This document shows, piece by piece, positions 43,901 through 58,900 of a DNA stretch of 64,000 bases; within the stretch, counting starts at the first letter, position 1; each line of letters opens with the position of its first letter. Both the position numbers and the translations under genes were made by a program. The stretch lies in contig NC_135809.1 in assembly GCF_964213995.1 (NCBI RefSeq), positions 22,506,001 to 22,570,000 on the forward strand, written 5' to 3'. The notes beneath the pieces are model-generated. The model was not told the DNA's origin. It did not search any database and saw nothing but the letters and a program-made list of their open reading frames with translations. The stretch is from Mustelus asterias. Taxonomy: Eukaryota.

Positions 43901-46900
43901 CTCACAACTGAGCTTGAAGTCAAAGAACAGGAAGAAAATAAGCATCACCTTCATGGGGGTAAAACAGGAAAAGACATTAAATTTAACTGCACTTACCTCA
44001 CTATCATCAAATTCACAATATTGCAAGTTAGCTGCAGTGGCAATCGTTCTTACACACGCATAGGTGTTGTTATATGCATCTTCACAAACACAATCAGGGA
44101 AACAATTCTGTAGGAAGAGTTTGTGACACATTTGAGTGTACAAGAAACAGTTTCAGCCATAAAATGTACATAGTTATGGCTACCCAGTGGTTCATTACCT
44201 CCACTGCCGAAGATAGGTGTAGGTAATGTTTTCACCTGTTAATTTAACATAACATTTCAAAAACTAATGGTTGAATTTCATAGGTACAGCTTGGTTCTAG
44301 GAAGAATTGTTAGTTTTTACTTGAAGATTTTTTATGAGAGAATTTATTTATTAACATTGGGAGATTGGGACAATGGACTTAAGAACGTTGCAAGGATGTT
44401 TGATTTAGAATATTTTTGATTGTTTTTTTTAAAGAATGTTGTGCATTGTCTCTGCTGCTATGGGGAAATTTGTTACAAATGAGCAGAGTTTTCAGAGCCA
44501 CTTGTTGGATATGCATTGGTCTAAAGCCTCTTGAAGTTGAGATAGAAGCTTCCAATAAAACAATTTTAGCTTTGTAGTTAAAGCCTCAACTAGGCTCGAA
44601 AAAAACCCAAGAACTGTGTAATTGAGGTATGCACTGAGTTACCATTCTAAAAAGTGAAGATGGCAGAAATATTAATCTAATGGAGTATTTTACCAGTACC
44701 TTTTATGCCTGCAAATACATATTTCCATGTCACTGAATCAATGCTACCTGTCACTTGCAGATCAAAAAACTAATCCAAAGTGTAGGGGCTCACTTAGTGC
44801 TGGGGCGTGGATGGGGCAGAGTTTGTAAGGAGCATCCAGGAGGGCTTCCTGAAACAGTATGTCGATAGTCCAACTCGGGAAGGGGCCATACTGGACCTGG
44901 TATTGGCTAATGAGCCCAGCCAGGTGGTCGGTGTTTCAGTAGGGGAGCAGTTCGGGAACAGTGACCACAATTCAGTAAGCTTTAAGGTACTGATGGCTAA
45001 AGATAAGTGTAGTCCTCAAGTTAAGGTGCTAAATTGGGGGAAGGCTAATCACAACAATATTAAGCAGGAACTGAACAATGTAGATTGGGGGCAGATGTTT
45101 GAGGGCAAATCAACATCTGGCATGTGGGAGGCTTTCAAGTGTAAGTTGATAGGGATTCAGGACCGGCACATTCCTGTAAGGATGAAGAATAAGTATGGCA
45201 AGTTTCGGGAACCTTGGATAACGAGAGATATTGTGAGCCTAGTCAAAGAGAAAAAGGAAGCATTTGTCAAAGCTAGGAGGCTGGGAACACATGAAGCAAG
45301 GGTGGAATACAAGGAAAGTAGAAAGAAACTTAAGCAAGGAGTAAGAAGAGCTAAAAGGGGTCATGAAAAAGCATTGGCCAGCAGGATTAAGGAAAATCCC
45401 AAGGCTTTTTACACATATATATATATAAAGAGCAAGAGGATAGCCAGGGAGAGGGTTGGCCCACTCAAGGACAAGGTTGGGAATCTATGTATGAAGCCAG
45501 AGGAAATGGGTGAGGTATTAAATGAGTACTTTGCGTCAGTATTCACCAAAGAGAAGGACTTGGTGGATAATGAGTCTGGGAAAGGATGTGTAGATAGTTT
45601 GAGTCATGTTGAGATCAAAAAGGAGGTATTGTGGTTCTTGAGAAACATCATGGTAGACAAGTCTCCAGGACCTGATGGGATATACCCCAGAATACTGAGA
45701 GGGGCAAGAGAGGAAATTGCTGGAGCCTTGAGAGAAATCTTTGTATCCTCACTGGCTACAGGGGAGGTCACAGTAGGAAGTTTAACACCACCAGGTTAAA
45801 GTCCAACAGGTTTATTTGGTAGCAAAAGGGGCTTGGAGCTCCAAAAGCTTGTGTGGGGCTTTTGCTACCAAATAAACCTGTTGGACTTTAATCTGTTGTT
45901 AAACTTCTTACTGTGTTTACCCCAGTCCAATGCTGGCATCTCCACATCATGACTACAGGGGAGGTCCCAGAGGATTGGAGAATAGCCAATGTTGTTCCTT
46001 TGTTTAAGAAGGGTAGCAAGAATAATCCAGGTAATTACAGGCCGGTGAACCTTACATCAGTGGTAGGGAAATTATTGGAGAGGATTTTTCGAGACAGGAT
46101 TTATTCCCACTTGGAAATAAGTGGACGTATTAGAGAGAGGCAACATGGTTTTGTGAAGGGGAGGTTCGTGAGACATGACTTGATCAAGTTTTGAGGAAGG
46201 TGATGAACATGATTGATGAGGATAGGGCAGTGGATGTTGCCTACATGGACTTCACGAAGGCCTTTGACAAGGTCCCTCATGGCAGACTGGTGCAGAAGGT
46301 GAAGTCGCATGGGATCAGAGGTGAGCTGGCAAGGTGGATACAAAACTGGCTCGGTCAAAGAAAACAGAGGGCAGCAGTGGAAGGGTGCGTTATGATTTGG
46401 AGGAAAATGTAACTGGACTGATTTGTAAGTTTGCAGATGACAAAGGTTGGTGGATTTGCAGATAGCAATGAGGACCATCAGAGGATACAGCAGGCTATAG
46501 ATCAGTTGGAGACTTGGGCGGAGAGATGGCAGATGGAGTTTAATCCGGACAAATGTGAGGTAATGCATTTTGGAAGGTCTAATGCAGATAGGAAACATAC
46601 AGTAAATGGCAGAACCCTTAGAAGTATTGATAGGCAAAGGGATCTGGGTGTTCAGGTACACAGGTCACTGAAAGTGGCAATGCAGGTGGAGAAGGTAGTA
46701 AGGCAGCATACAGCATGCTTGCTTTCATCAGCCAGGGCATAGAGTTTAAAAATTGGCAAGTCATGTTAACGCTTTATAGAACCTTAGTGAGGCCACACTT
46801 GGAATATAGTGTTCAATTCTGGTCGCCACACTACCAGAAGGATGTGGAGGTTTTGGAGAGGGTACAGAAAAGATTTACCAGGATGTTGCCTGGTATGAAG

Positions 46901-49900
46901 GGCATTAGCTACAAGGAGAGGTTGGAGAAACTTGGTTTGTTCTCACTGGAGCAACGGAGGTTGAGGGGAGACCTGATAGAAGTCTACAAGATTATGAGAG
47001 GCATGGACAGAGTGGATAGTCAGAAGCTTTTTCCCAGGATGGAAGAGTCAATTACTAGGGGGCATAGGTTTAAAAAGTGCGAGGGGCAAGATTTAAAGGA
47101 GATGCAAGAGACAGATTTTCTTTTTAAACCAGTGGCGGGTGCCTGGAACTCATTGCCAGGGGAGGTAGCGGAAGCAGATACAGTAGTGACTTTTAAGGGG
47201 CGTCTTGACAAGTACATGAATGATCCCCGGAATCCCCGGAAGCATAGGGGGTTTTAGTTAAGTCAGGCAGCATGGTCGGTGCAGACTTGGAGGGCTGAAG
47301 GGCCTGTTCCTGTGCTGTAATTTTCCTTGTAGCAAAACTAATATCCTGCTATGTAGAAGAACGAAACTTTTCTCGAATTTCTTCAGACTAAATTAGCTCA
47401 GGAAAAAAAAAAGTGCCAGTCTAGGGCATTTTAGGACACAATCAAACCAGTTGATCTACTGGCATCAAATGAAACACTAGCTGCAGCAGCCAGTTTCTGT
47501 GACACATTGTAAGGAAATCTATGACCTCCACACCCAGGCTCATGAACAACGTCAATACCACAAATTTACAAGCTGCAATCATTCAGCAGATGATGTTCAG
47601 AGAATCGAGTGCCACTTTCCACAGGGCTGAGGTTATACTGTACAGAATACAAACTCTTTGGAGGAGTTTCATTTATTGATCTTACCTGGGTATCCAAATT
47701 CACTATGCACAAAAAAATTCAGATAATTTGTAAACCCACTATCTAGAAACATGCAACTGAACCCAAATTTAACAGTACCATTCTTAATTTACATTGCAGT
47801 TTTCTGCAAGGTAGAAATTTTATGTCTGGATTGGAAAATCTAATACTTACTGTGACCCCAGGCCCCAACGAAGGGCAGGTTGGATCACTTTTATTATGTC
47901 CCTCTCCTTGGTATTCTACAAGGAGATCAGTCCTCCATGTCACATTTTGTGCCATACCATTCTGAGGAGAGAGGTGAGATCAATTATACAATGTAGATTT
48001 CACATGTAATGCAAAAAAAGTGTATTGATATGAAAAATTTTCAAAGATTTTATCCTATTTTCACATAATTGAACATGATTGAGCTAGAATTGAGGCTGAA
48101 GTAGATCTGAAACAATTGAAATTTAATTAAGTTACAAGACACTAAAATTGAGAATTTAGTCATGCCTATACTAAAAAGATTAAACTACAGATACACTAGA
48201 GTGACTGATCAAAGTCACAAAAACCACTTACCAGCAGAGGCAAGAGAGACATGCCATCCATCCTAGTCTTGTTAACATCATAGCCAGCTATATCCAAGAA
48301 TGTGGGAGCCAAATCAATATTTGCTACAAGCATCTGGAGGAGGAAATTAAAGTCATTCGAAAGGCCACTAATCATCTAAACAACTCAAAACACCTTATTT
48401 TCTATTAAAGATTCAGATCAATGGTTAAGATGTCGAAAAACATTACACTTTAATCTAATGCAATCTCCCCATTTTTGTTGCACGCTCCACCACATACATT
48501 AAACATTAAATTTTTATGTAACATTTCTTGAAGACTGGTGTATGCAACTTCAGACTTACGCCAGATAAAACAATCTGTGTGGGGATGCAATTATTGTCTC
48601 ATGAGGCTATAGATAAAAGAAACTTACAACAGAATCGGAATAGCATTAGAAGGGCGAGAATAAAGTATAGATTGAGCGGTGAAAAATGTTCAAAATTATA
48701 AATGATCCTGGGTTTTAAAAAAAATAGACCATGGTGATATAGCATTTAAAACCTGGCTTCAAATATGCTTGCTGACTTCATTGAACACAAGTTTTCTTCA
48801 CAACATTCCTTCATGGTTAAATCGGTCTGAGCACTACTTAAGCAAAATGTTGCTAGCATCAAAAGTGAAGCTATACACGAAATAGTTGTTGCACTATAAT
48901 TATATTAAAGAAACATCTCCCAAGATTACACACTGGTCTAGATCACCAATGTCATAATCTGATTAAGAGCGATGATCAGTAAGATTGCAGATAACATGAA
49001 AACTGGTGAGTAAATAGTGAGGAGGAAGCCTTGGATAAGAGAATGATATAGATGGGCAGAAGTGGCAAATATAATTTAAACCCTGAAAAAGAGAGGTGAT
49101 GCATTGTGGAAGGACTAACAAGGCAAGGGAATCCACAATGAATGGTAGGATGTGAGGAAAAGAACCTTGGGAAGCAGGACAGGTGGGTATGGTGATTAAG
49201 ACACAAGGGATATTTGGATTCTTATGCCTCTTCTAATAAAGGCAAGAGCAGGGAGGTCATGATGCAGCTGTACAAAATGCTCATTAGGCCATAGCTAGAG
49301 TACAGTGTGTAGTTCTGGTCATCACACTATAGGAAGGATATGATTGCACTAGAAGGTGCAGAAGTGATTTACCAAGATGTTGCCTGGGCTGGAGTGTTTC
49401 AGCTATAAAGAGTGGCCTGTTAGGCTCGGATTGTTTTTCCTTACAGCAGAAAAAAGTTGATGGTTGACAAGGGACAGATTAGAATAGGTAAATGCTTGAT
49501 GGCTAGCACAAGATAAAAAAAAAGAGGCCCTTCAGCCCATTGTGTGCTGTGAAACCAACTACCAAAATCAGTACATTTCATATTCCAAAGTGGAGCTGCG
49601 CTGCCAGAGAATCTAAACAAAACTTGCTTTCTAGAGAATCTTTGATTCAAAAAAAGAATTCTGCTTAGACTCCATATTATAGTTTGTTAGTTGGATCTGT
49701 TGTTCCAGCCACAATTTACACAAGTAGCAGTCTGGCACAAATACCTTATTAGTCAGGTTAGATTTGATTCCAGGTCCTCGCACAAGCAATGGCACTTTAA
49801 TATCAAATTCATATAGTTGGCGTTTGTCAATTGGCAAAGAAAATTGACCTAAAACACATTTAAAACAAATGTTACTACCAAATAATGCATTTCATATGCT

Positions 49901-52900
49901 AGTGCTAGCAATTTTATAACATTCTATCACAATCCTGTATTTTATAAGAAATTTCAAGATAGCATATTGTTTGAATAGAGAATTATGGCCATGATTCTAA
50001 ACATCTCTGATTATACCACAGATAACTATTGCAGAATGGACAAAAGTCCACTTGATTGACCTTTTTAAACTGAGGGAATAATGATGAACCCTACTTCTAG
50101 GAGCAGAGAAAGAGAGAGACAGTTACAACTGGGCTGTATTTGATTTATTATTGTCACATATTAACAGAGGAAAGTATTGTTTCTTGTGCACTATACAGAC
50201 AAAACATACCATTCATAGAGAAGGAAACTAGAGTGCAGAGTGTAGTTTTACAGTCAAAGCTAGGATGTAGAGAAAGATCAACTTAATGCAAGGTAGTCCA
50301 TTCAAATGTCTGACAGCAGCAGGGAAGAAGCTGTTCTCGAGTCAGTTGGTACGTGACCTCAGACTTTTGTATCTTTCCCCCCCCCCCACCGAAGGAAGGT
50401 GGAAGAGAATGTCTAGGGTGCGTGGGATCCTTAATTATGCTGGCTGCTTTGCTGAGGCAGCGGGAAGTGTAGACTTTAAGTTTATTTATCAGTGTCACAA
50501 GTAGGCTTACATTAACACTGCAATGAAATTATTGAAAATCCCCTAGTCACCACACTCCAGCGCCTGCTCGGGTACACCAAGGGAGAATTTAGTATGGCCA
50601 ATATACCTACTGGGCTGTGGGAGGAATCCCACGCAGACACAGGTAGAACGTGCAGACTCCACACAGACAGTGACCCAAGCCACAAATTGAAACCAGGTCC
50701 TGTGAGGCAGCAGTGCTAACCACTCGATTGTTATCCAATAAATCTCTGACCAAATATAATGGAGAACGTTATAAACCAATTGTAGAAAAACAAAAAAAAT
50801 CCTGATAATCAATGTCAACTTCAAATGTTTTACTGCAACTAAAGAAATCAGCTAGATAGTAAATGCTGAGCAGCATAACAAACAATCTTCTCTAAAACGC
50901 TGACAGCAGAATACTGGTCTTTTTAAATAGGTTGGGTTTGTAATCCACGAGTACCAAACAACAAGCTTAGAAAAGAATATGATTTAATCAGCAGTTTCAA
51001 ATAAAGCAAAACTTGACAGGAAATAAAGAAACTATTACCTACCTGTATGATAGCCATTATCAGATGTAAAGAAAATATAGGTGTTTTCTAACTCTTTGAC
51101 TGCATCAAGTTTCTTCACAACTTTTTCTACAAGATCATCCACTGACAGCAGAGTTTGCCACCTAACAAAAAACCATCTAGGGTTAGGCCAAACATTCCCA
51201 TATTGATTTTAAAAAAAGAGACAAAATAAAGCGAATGAGAAACAGCTATACCTTTTCCTGAAAGCATTATCCAGAAAATGAATTGAAGAGTTGGTCATGG
51301 GAGTCTTTGCTTGCCGGATTAGCCAATGTTTATCCTTTAAGAAACATTAGTGTCAACTAAGAAGCATTCAAATATCATTTAAAAATAAGTCTGTTGATCT
51401 GACTATCCTGCATCGATACAATACTTTTAAAAACTGGAATAGTTACATCTTCATTACATCCTTACTTTATGCAGCTGACTTCCAAGCTTCTAGTAATGAT
51501 ACTCATTAGCCAACTCCTTGGTGACATGGCTAGTGAAACTGATGAGGTATTTTCTATAACCATGCCCAAGTAGAAAGTATGCTGCAACTTTGGCTCAAAA
51601 AAAAAGCCTAAACTTTAAAAATCACACCATATATTATGATCCAACAAGATGCCTTTAGGATATCATTTGAATTCTGTGAGCAAATATACAATATAGCTTG
51701 CATTTTATTATGTTGGTCTGAACTGACTGGAGTTTTTTCACAAGGTGTACATCAATTAAAAGGTAACCAGGGCAATTTAGCTTCACTTTATTACTTCCTT
51801 CAGCAATTGATAAAATTATCTACTTCAAAGTCACTTATCTTCTATTCATTAGATAGACCAAAAACATTTGGGTTTATAGATTGTGCAAAATATGCAAAAG
51901 AAATTACACATGAATGAGGAGGAAGATAATTATTTTAACATTCTGCTTTATTGTAGCCACTATTCAGTATAAAAGTACCTTTCCATGTATATTAAAGTTG
52001 GTGTTTCTTGGTGCTTTAACATCCAAAAAGCTCTTTTCATACTGTGGGGCAGGAGTCCAAGGGGAATGTGGTGCTGGAGTAGAGATCATCATGAAGAATG
52101 GAACATACTTGTTTCTGTATTCCAAAAACTCCAATGAAACATTTGACTGTCAAGTGAAAGTGGCGAGGTTAGAATGTGTTGACTGAAATTACAGGAATTA
52201 TAAAATACATCAAACAGGGCCAAGGTGTACAAATGCTGGAGAGAATCACAGCATTACTAAGAAAGACAATAATATTTTACAGAGCCAAAACAATGAAGCA
52301 GATGGAATAGCTGCCAAAGATCATTCCCTAAATCAAGAGCAGCAACATTCCAGTAACTGCAGTACCGCAGGACAAACACCTCTAATAACTCCAACTTTAA
52401 TACTAATAGATCTCTAGCCAATTACAGTAGGTATGTCAAATTTAACCTGCACTTATCAGATTCTTGAACTCCAACATGATCAATCTCTTTAAAGTTACAT
52501 CTCTATGTTCAACACTGCAAAGATAGATAAGACATGAATCGAAGTTAAGCCACTCAGCCCATTGAGTCTGCTCTGCCATTCATTTTATTTTAAATATTTA
52601 GTTGGACGTTCCAGAGCCAACTTTTAAAATGATTTTCAATAAATTAGCTGCATTCCAGATAAAATGCAGTTAGATGTTAATTTGGATCATCCCACACCAA
52701 CTTAACAGCAATCATTTTCAAAAGGAAATCAATCAATAGATGGAGATGTAGGAGCAGAAGTAGGCCATTCAATGAGATAATTACTGATCTGATATGATCA
52801 TCTTCCACTCCACTTTGCCACCTTATCCCCATAATGCTCGATTCCCTTACTGATTAAATATCAAACGCAAAGGAGAGGAGAAAGTGAAAGAAATCCAGGA

Positions 52901-55900
52901 TTGACATGCAAGGCAAGGGTTACATTTAATGGGATCTGGGACAATCAAGCCCCAACTACAATTGAAGAATACGTGAATGGAAAATAATGTCCGTAAGTTA
53001 GAATTCACTTTGCCTCAGGTCAAGATTTGAGCAGAACCCAGACTGATACTTGTGCTGAATGAGGGAGTACTGCCCAGTCATAAGGTGCCATCTTTCAAAG
53101 AAAATAAACAAGGAGGTCCTGTTTATCCCCTCAGATGTACGTGAAAGATCAGAGCAGAGCAGATTTTCCCCTGGTGATCTCAGCAATATTTAACCTTTAG
53201 CCTACACCAAAAAGGATGTGGCATTTATTTTGCTATTGCAAGAACACTGCAGTGTTCACATTCGTTGCCATGTTTCCCACGTTACAATAGTATTTATTGG
53301 CTGGAAAACATTTGGGGTTATGCAAAAGGCTGTGGAAACCACTGTACAATGCCCATTTCTTTCAAAGCAGGCAAAGGCAGAGGGAAATCGCATCCAAAAC
53401 AAGTAATTTTGCAAATTTAAGAGAAAATTAAAAGCTGGATCTGGAAGGGATGAATTATAATTTATATCACCCAGTTGAAGTGTTCATATGCAACAGCCTG
53501 CATTTGCAAGCATGACAAGAAACTCTGGCTCATTAGGAGACTTGCACAATGGGACTCACGATAATGTGAACAAAATGAAAAATATACTTACTAGTAGATC
53601 AGTTAGATAATCTTGGCTGTAGTTCTGGCCATGATTTTGAGGTTTTCCATTAACAGACAGTGTGTAATTGTAGTATTTTGAATTCTTTGCCTAAAATTAG
53701 GAGGTGAAAATAGTCAGCATTGCATTATACTGAGCTCCTTCCACCCCTTCCCCACCTAATTGGATGCAAAATAACACAGCAGTGCACGATTTCCAATTTC
53801 CTCCCATCTAGCACATTTTGTACATTGCATTCATAGAAAAAAGTAAACCAAACAGCCCCTCAAGATCACTCTGCCATTCTATACAGTCATGCCTAACCTT
53901 GATCTTCAACTCCATTTTCCTGCCTTTTCCTCACGTGTTGATTCCTCGAGTGATCAAAAACATGTTTTGCAGCCTTAATATATTCAGTGATGTTACATTC
54001 ACAGCTGCCTAGGGTAGCGAATTCTAGAGATTCACAATCTTCCGAATGATAAGTGGGAAAACCAGCTTCTCAGTATCTACCCTGTCAAGTCCCCTTCATG
54101 AGATCGCCTCTCATTCTTCTGAACTCAAGAATATAGGCCCCTGATCAGGAATAAAATTCATCTTTTCTAAATCTACATTTAAAATTAAATATTCTGCATG
54201 ATAATTGCACACTGTACACAACTTATTTGGCTTGATGTTACATGAAATACAAATCCTGCAGAACTCTTACGGCATCTATGGTAATTATGCAGTGGAATAG
54301 TTGTTCTGTAGGTTAACAATGAATTCCTTGTAAATGCTTACCAGAGCATACCAGTGATCCCAACCTGGTGGAACATGTTCGATGCCACCTGCAACCTCTG
54401 ATCCATACTGTAAGAATAAGCAAGACACAAATGTAACAGATTGTAAATGAGCACCAGGAAGAAAAGTCCTATTTACAACTCATTGGATAGTTTTGTCTGA
54501 AACTACCTACAAGGGCGGGCCCTCTGAAATATCCTGAAAATACATAATTCTCCCACCACCCCTTCCCATTTGAATGGGGAGGCATCTAGTTCCATGTGGT
54601 TGGTACAAGACAACTAGGCCATATCATTGTGAAAAGTCTTGATCTTAGTGAAAATATACATGATCATTTCTAAAAGGACACATTTAATCTTTATATACAA
54701 ATAGTACCCTGTAGTCAATCAAGGAGCACCATACAAAGTGTTAACCATTTATTAGTGTACATTCCTTAGGAGAATTACCTGAAATTTTTTGATATGGCTC
54801 AAGAAATTCAAAGCATCAGGTACAAAAGGAAGTACAGTTTTTCATATTATATTGCATATATTGTTACAATTGCTTTGGAAAGGACAGATGAATACACATT
54901 TCTAACCATCAGCAAAACATCTGGTGCTATTTAGCAAAGCAGTTTCATCAGTGCCTTGTTTGCTTCATTGCCTCTCCCAGGTGTGAAGAATGAATTCAGT
55001 GCATCATAGAATCATTGAATCCCCTACAATGCAGAAAGAGACCATTTGACCTATCAATGCCACATTGACAACAATCCCATACAGGCCCTATCCCCATAAC
55101 CCATGTATTTACCCTGTTCATCCCCCTGACACTAAGCAGCAATTGAGCATGGCCAGTCAACCTAACCTGCATATCTTTGGACTGTGGGAGGAAACCCATG
55201 CAGACACGGGGAGGACGTGCAAACTCCACAGTCACCCGAGCTGGAATTGAATCCGAGTCCCTGGTGCTGTGAGGCAGCAGTGCTAACCATCATGCCACCG
55301 TGCTGCCCTGTGCAGCAATGTACTTGGAAAAACATTGAGCATCATAAAATATCTAACATTAAGGTAAAGGGGCAGCGCCTTTTTGTTAAAGTTAGATGCT
55401 GCTTAACAACTGTATATTAGTTGATCATAACAAACAGCAGTATTGCTTCATCCAAAAATGTAATTTGATAAAAGTTACTCATTTCTGACTGCAGTTGTTC
55501 CATTTAGATTCATAACTAATGGAAATATGGCAAAAACAGCAAAAAGAAAAATTAATCATGATCAACACACAAAATGCAAGCAATCACAAAGGCAAACTCT
55601 CACATTGGCATGCAACTCCTTACATGCACACATTGGGAGTATATTTCTTGCCTGATCTCCCATTCTGGGCCTGGTGTAATCCTTCTAACGTTTGTGCTAA
55701 GTGATCTCCTCCCACCCAAAAATAACACACACCACACTTGTGTGGAAGTCTGGGGTGGGAAGAAAAAAAGTCACGCGCTTTGCCTTTTGAGGAATAGAGT
55801 TCAGAGACTCTCAACCCTCTCCCGTGACCCATTGTTCCAGATTCTCAACAAGAATCTCGAACAACATTGCAACATCCAACCTGTCAATACTTCTCACAAT

Positions 55901-58900
55901 CAAATCACCTGACTCTAACCTCTAGTGGATACAAACCCAACCTTTCCTCAGACGACAACCTGCCCATTCCTTGTATTAGTCCAATTATCTTTCTCTGAAC
56001 TGCTTCTAATGCATTTACACCTTTCCTGAAATAAGACGACCAATACAGTACATGAGACTTCAGATGCTGTCTCACAATATCCTGTGCAGCTGAAGCATAA
56101 CCTCACTACTTTTGAAATTAATTCCCTCACAACAACATTCTATTATCTTTCCCAATTACTTGCTGTGCTTGAATACTAGCCATGTGTTATATGCACCAAG
56201 ATAAGCAGATCCCTCAATCTCAAGAGCTGTTCAACATCTCACCATTTTAGAAAAGCTTTTTTTAAAAATCCTTCCTGCCAAAATTGACAAGTTCACATTA
56301 TACTCCATTTATCAGATTTTTACCCTTCACTTAACCTTTGTCCCTTAGCAACCAAAGTCATTTATATAAATTTTAAACAGTGGAGGTCCTAGCTCAGATC
56401 CTGTGGCACATTACTCTTTATCCACAACACGTGACTCCTTCACAGAACTCCAATAAATTGGTTAAACATGATTTCCCTTTCACAAAACCACATTGACTGT
56501 CTGGTTGCCTTGAATTCTTCCCCAAGTGCCCTGCTAATAGTGGCAGTGGTTAGCACTGCTGCCTCACAGCACCAGGGACCCAGGTTCAATTTCTGACTTG
56601 GGTCACTGTGCAGATTCTGCACATTCTCCCAGTGTCTGCGTGGGTTTCCTCCGGGTGCTCCAGTTTCCTCCCACAGTACAAAAGATACGCTGGTTAGGTG
56701 CATTGGCCATGCTAAATTCTCCCTCCACGTACCTGAACAGGCACTGGCATGTGGCAGTAACTTCATTAACTCTGCAATGTAAGCTTACTTGTAACACTAA
56801 AGGAGTTACATTTACTCTGTTAAACTTCCTGAATCTAGGGAATTAAAACCAATGCATTTACTACCTTATTAGCCACTTCTTTCAAGACCTTGGTGTGAAA
56901 TCCATCTGGACCTGGAAATTTGTTAGCCACAGACCCAACAATTGCTCAAAACCACTTCTCAGCTGAGCAATTATACACTTTTTCTTCAAGTTTAATAGTA
57001 AGTTTTAAAAAAACACATTGGCCCTCCTCCCCTTGTAATTTCCCTTACTTGAATGCATCTTTTGTATATTCTGAAGTATCCCTTCAAATATTTGCCACTG
57101 AACCTCTTACAGATCTATCCCCAACTCGACATTCATATTCGAAAGTTTAAAGTTAGTCTTGGCTATACTTCATTCCCCCAAACTGAAATGTAAAATTCAA
57201 ACACATGATCTCTGCTACCTAGGAGGGTACAGTAAGAAGTTTCACAACACCAGGTTGAAGTATAAATGTCACATCATGGCTACCTAGGAGGGCATTCACT
57301 ATGAAGTTATTAATCTATTGCATTGCACAATACCAGGTCTAATATAGCCTGCCTTCTGGTTGGTTTTGGAATATGCTGTTCTAAGGAACTATCCTGAAAA
57401 CATTCTATGAATTTCTTATCAACACTATCTTTACCCATCTGATTTTTCCAACCCACATGTAGATTAAAATCCATGATTATTTCAGTACCTTTTCTGACAA
57501 GCTCCCGTTATCTTTTTTATACTCTGTCCTACCATGTGGTTGCAATTGGGTGGCCTGTACACCACTCCCATAAATGACTTCTTGCTTTTCTCATCTCAAC
57601 CCAAACTGCTATTACATACTGGTTTCCTGAACTTGGGTCATCCCTCTTGTGCGCTAATACCATCAATTAACAGAGCTACCCTTCCACTCTCTCAACTTCC
57701 TGTCCTTGCCAAATGCCACATGCCTTTCAGGTTCCAATATATACCATTGCGTGGCATGTCTCCAACAGCCATTAAATAGTACTTATTCATCTCTACTTGC
57801 GCTAAGAGTTCATCTGTTTGCTACGTGCATTTAGATACAGACCTTTAGTTTTGTCATTATTTTGGGAGCATCTAGCCTTATCTGCTGATTTACTCTTTGA
57901 TTTGTACTCTGTCATGGTCTATTTGTGAATTTCTTTTATTAGTACCTTTCACTTTTACCTAGTCTCTTGATCCCTTGCCCCCACCATTCAGTTTAAAACA
58001 CTACTTCCCTAGTTACGCAACTCAGTAGAACATCAGCCCCACCATGGTTCAAGTGTAGACCATCCCAACAGTACAAATCCCACTTTCCCCAATACTGGTG
58101 CCAGTGCCCCACACCAGCCTTTGACCCATGCATTCATTTCTCTAACCATATGCCTTATGCCAATTCACTACACTGCTCAGGTGATTACCCAAAAGTTACT
58201 TTTGAAGCTCGGCTTCTTAATTTGGTGCCTAGTTCTTCCTACCATTGGTACCTATATGGACTACGATCACTGGATCTTCCCCCTCCCACTGCAAGTTCCT
58301 CTCCAGCCCTGAGCAGATGTCCCACACCCTGGTATCAGGCAGGCAGAGATGTCTGTACTCTTGCTCCTTGCTACAGAGAAGTGTCAATCCCCCTCACTGC
58401 ATTCTTTGTGCTCCCCTCAAATGGCTTCCTGTACCACAGTGCCATGGTCGGTCAGCTCACCAACCCTGCATTCTCCATTCTTGTGCTCCAGGAGAACGTC
58501 TACTTTTCCTAACTCTGTACATTTTCTACATCTTTCCTCAAAGCTCAGCTTTGCCAATTCAACCCGTCAGCCCTCAAAGTCCAAGACAAGTGTTCTTGCC
58601 TCCCAAATTATTTTTATCATGCAAATTCAAAGAGAAATAAGGCTTCAAATTTTAAAACAAAATTTTAAAAGGGCAGATACCGAATAGAAAGACACCACAA
58701 GTCAGCATTTGCAAGGAGTGGGGGTAACTTTCTCCCTTTATCTTTTACTTGTATGAATGTTAACCAGTATTGTTTTTATTCACCTTCCATTTTGTGCTGG
58801 TGTCTAAAAGGATCTTCAGAATACAGTCAGTTAACCTTTAAAACCAGACAATGTCACTCAAATAATCCTTTAAAAACTTTCAATAAAGCCTGTAATATAA

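Larger units (their letters stand above)
55600..58520 (-). mobile_element. Long, old antisense CR1 remnant interrupted by a SINE and a mini-Penelope
   Basis: Decayed CR1 motifs (aaacatgatttcccttt, tccatctggacctgg, attgcacaataccaggtct). Confidence 0.55.

Noticed and set aside
44190-44226. 37-nt pseudo-exon (aacag...GAG|gtaatg) in GNS intron 11
   Set aside because: Frameshifting, poor pyrimidine tract, not needed for the GNS ORF
44807-45799. 330-aa ORF as a host gene
   Set aside because: It is CR1 ORF2, truncated by a Penelope insertion and followed by frameshifts
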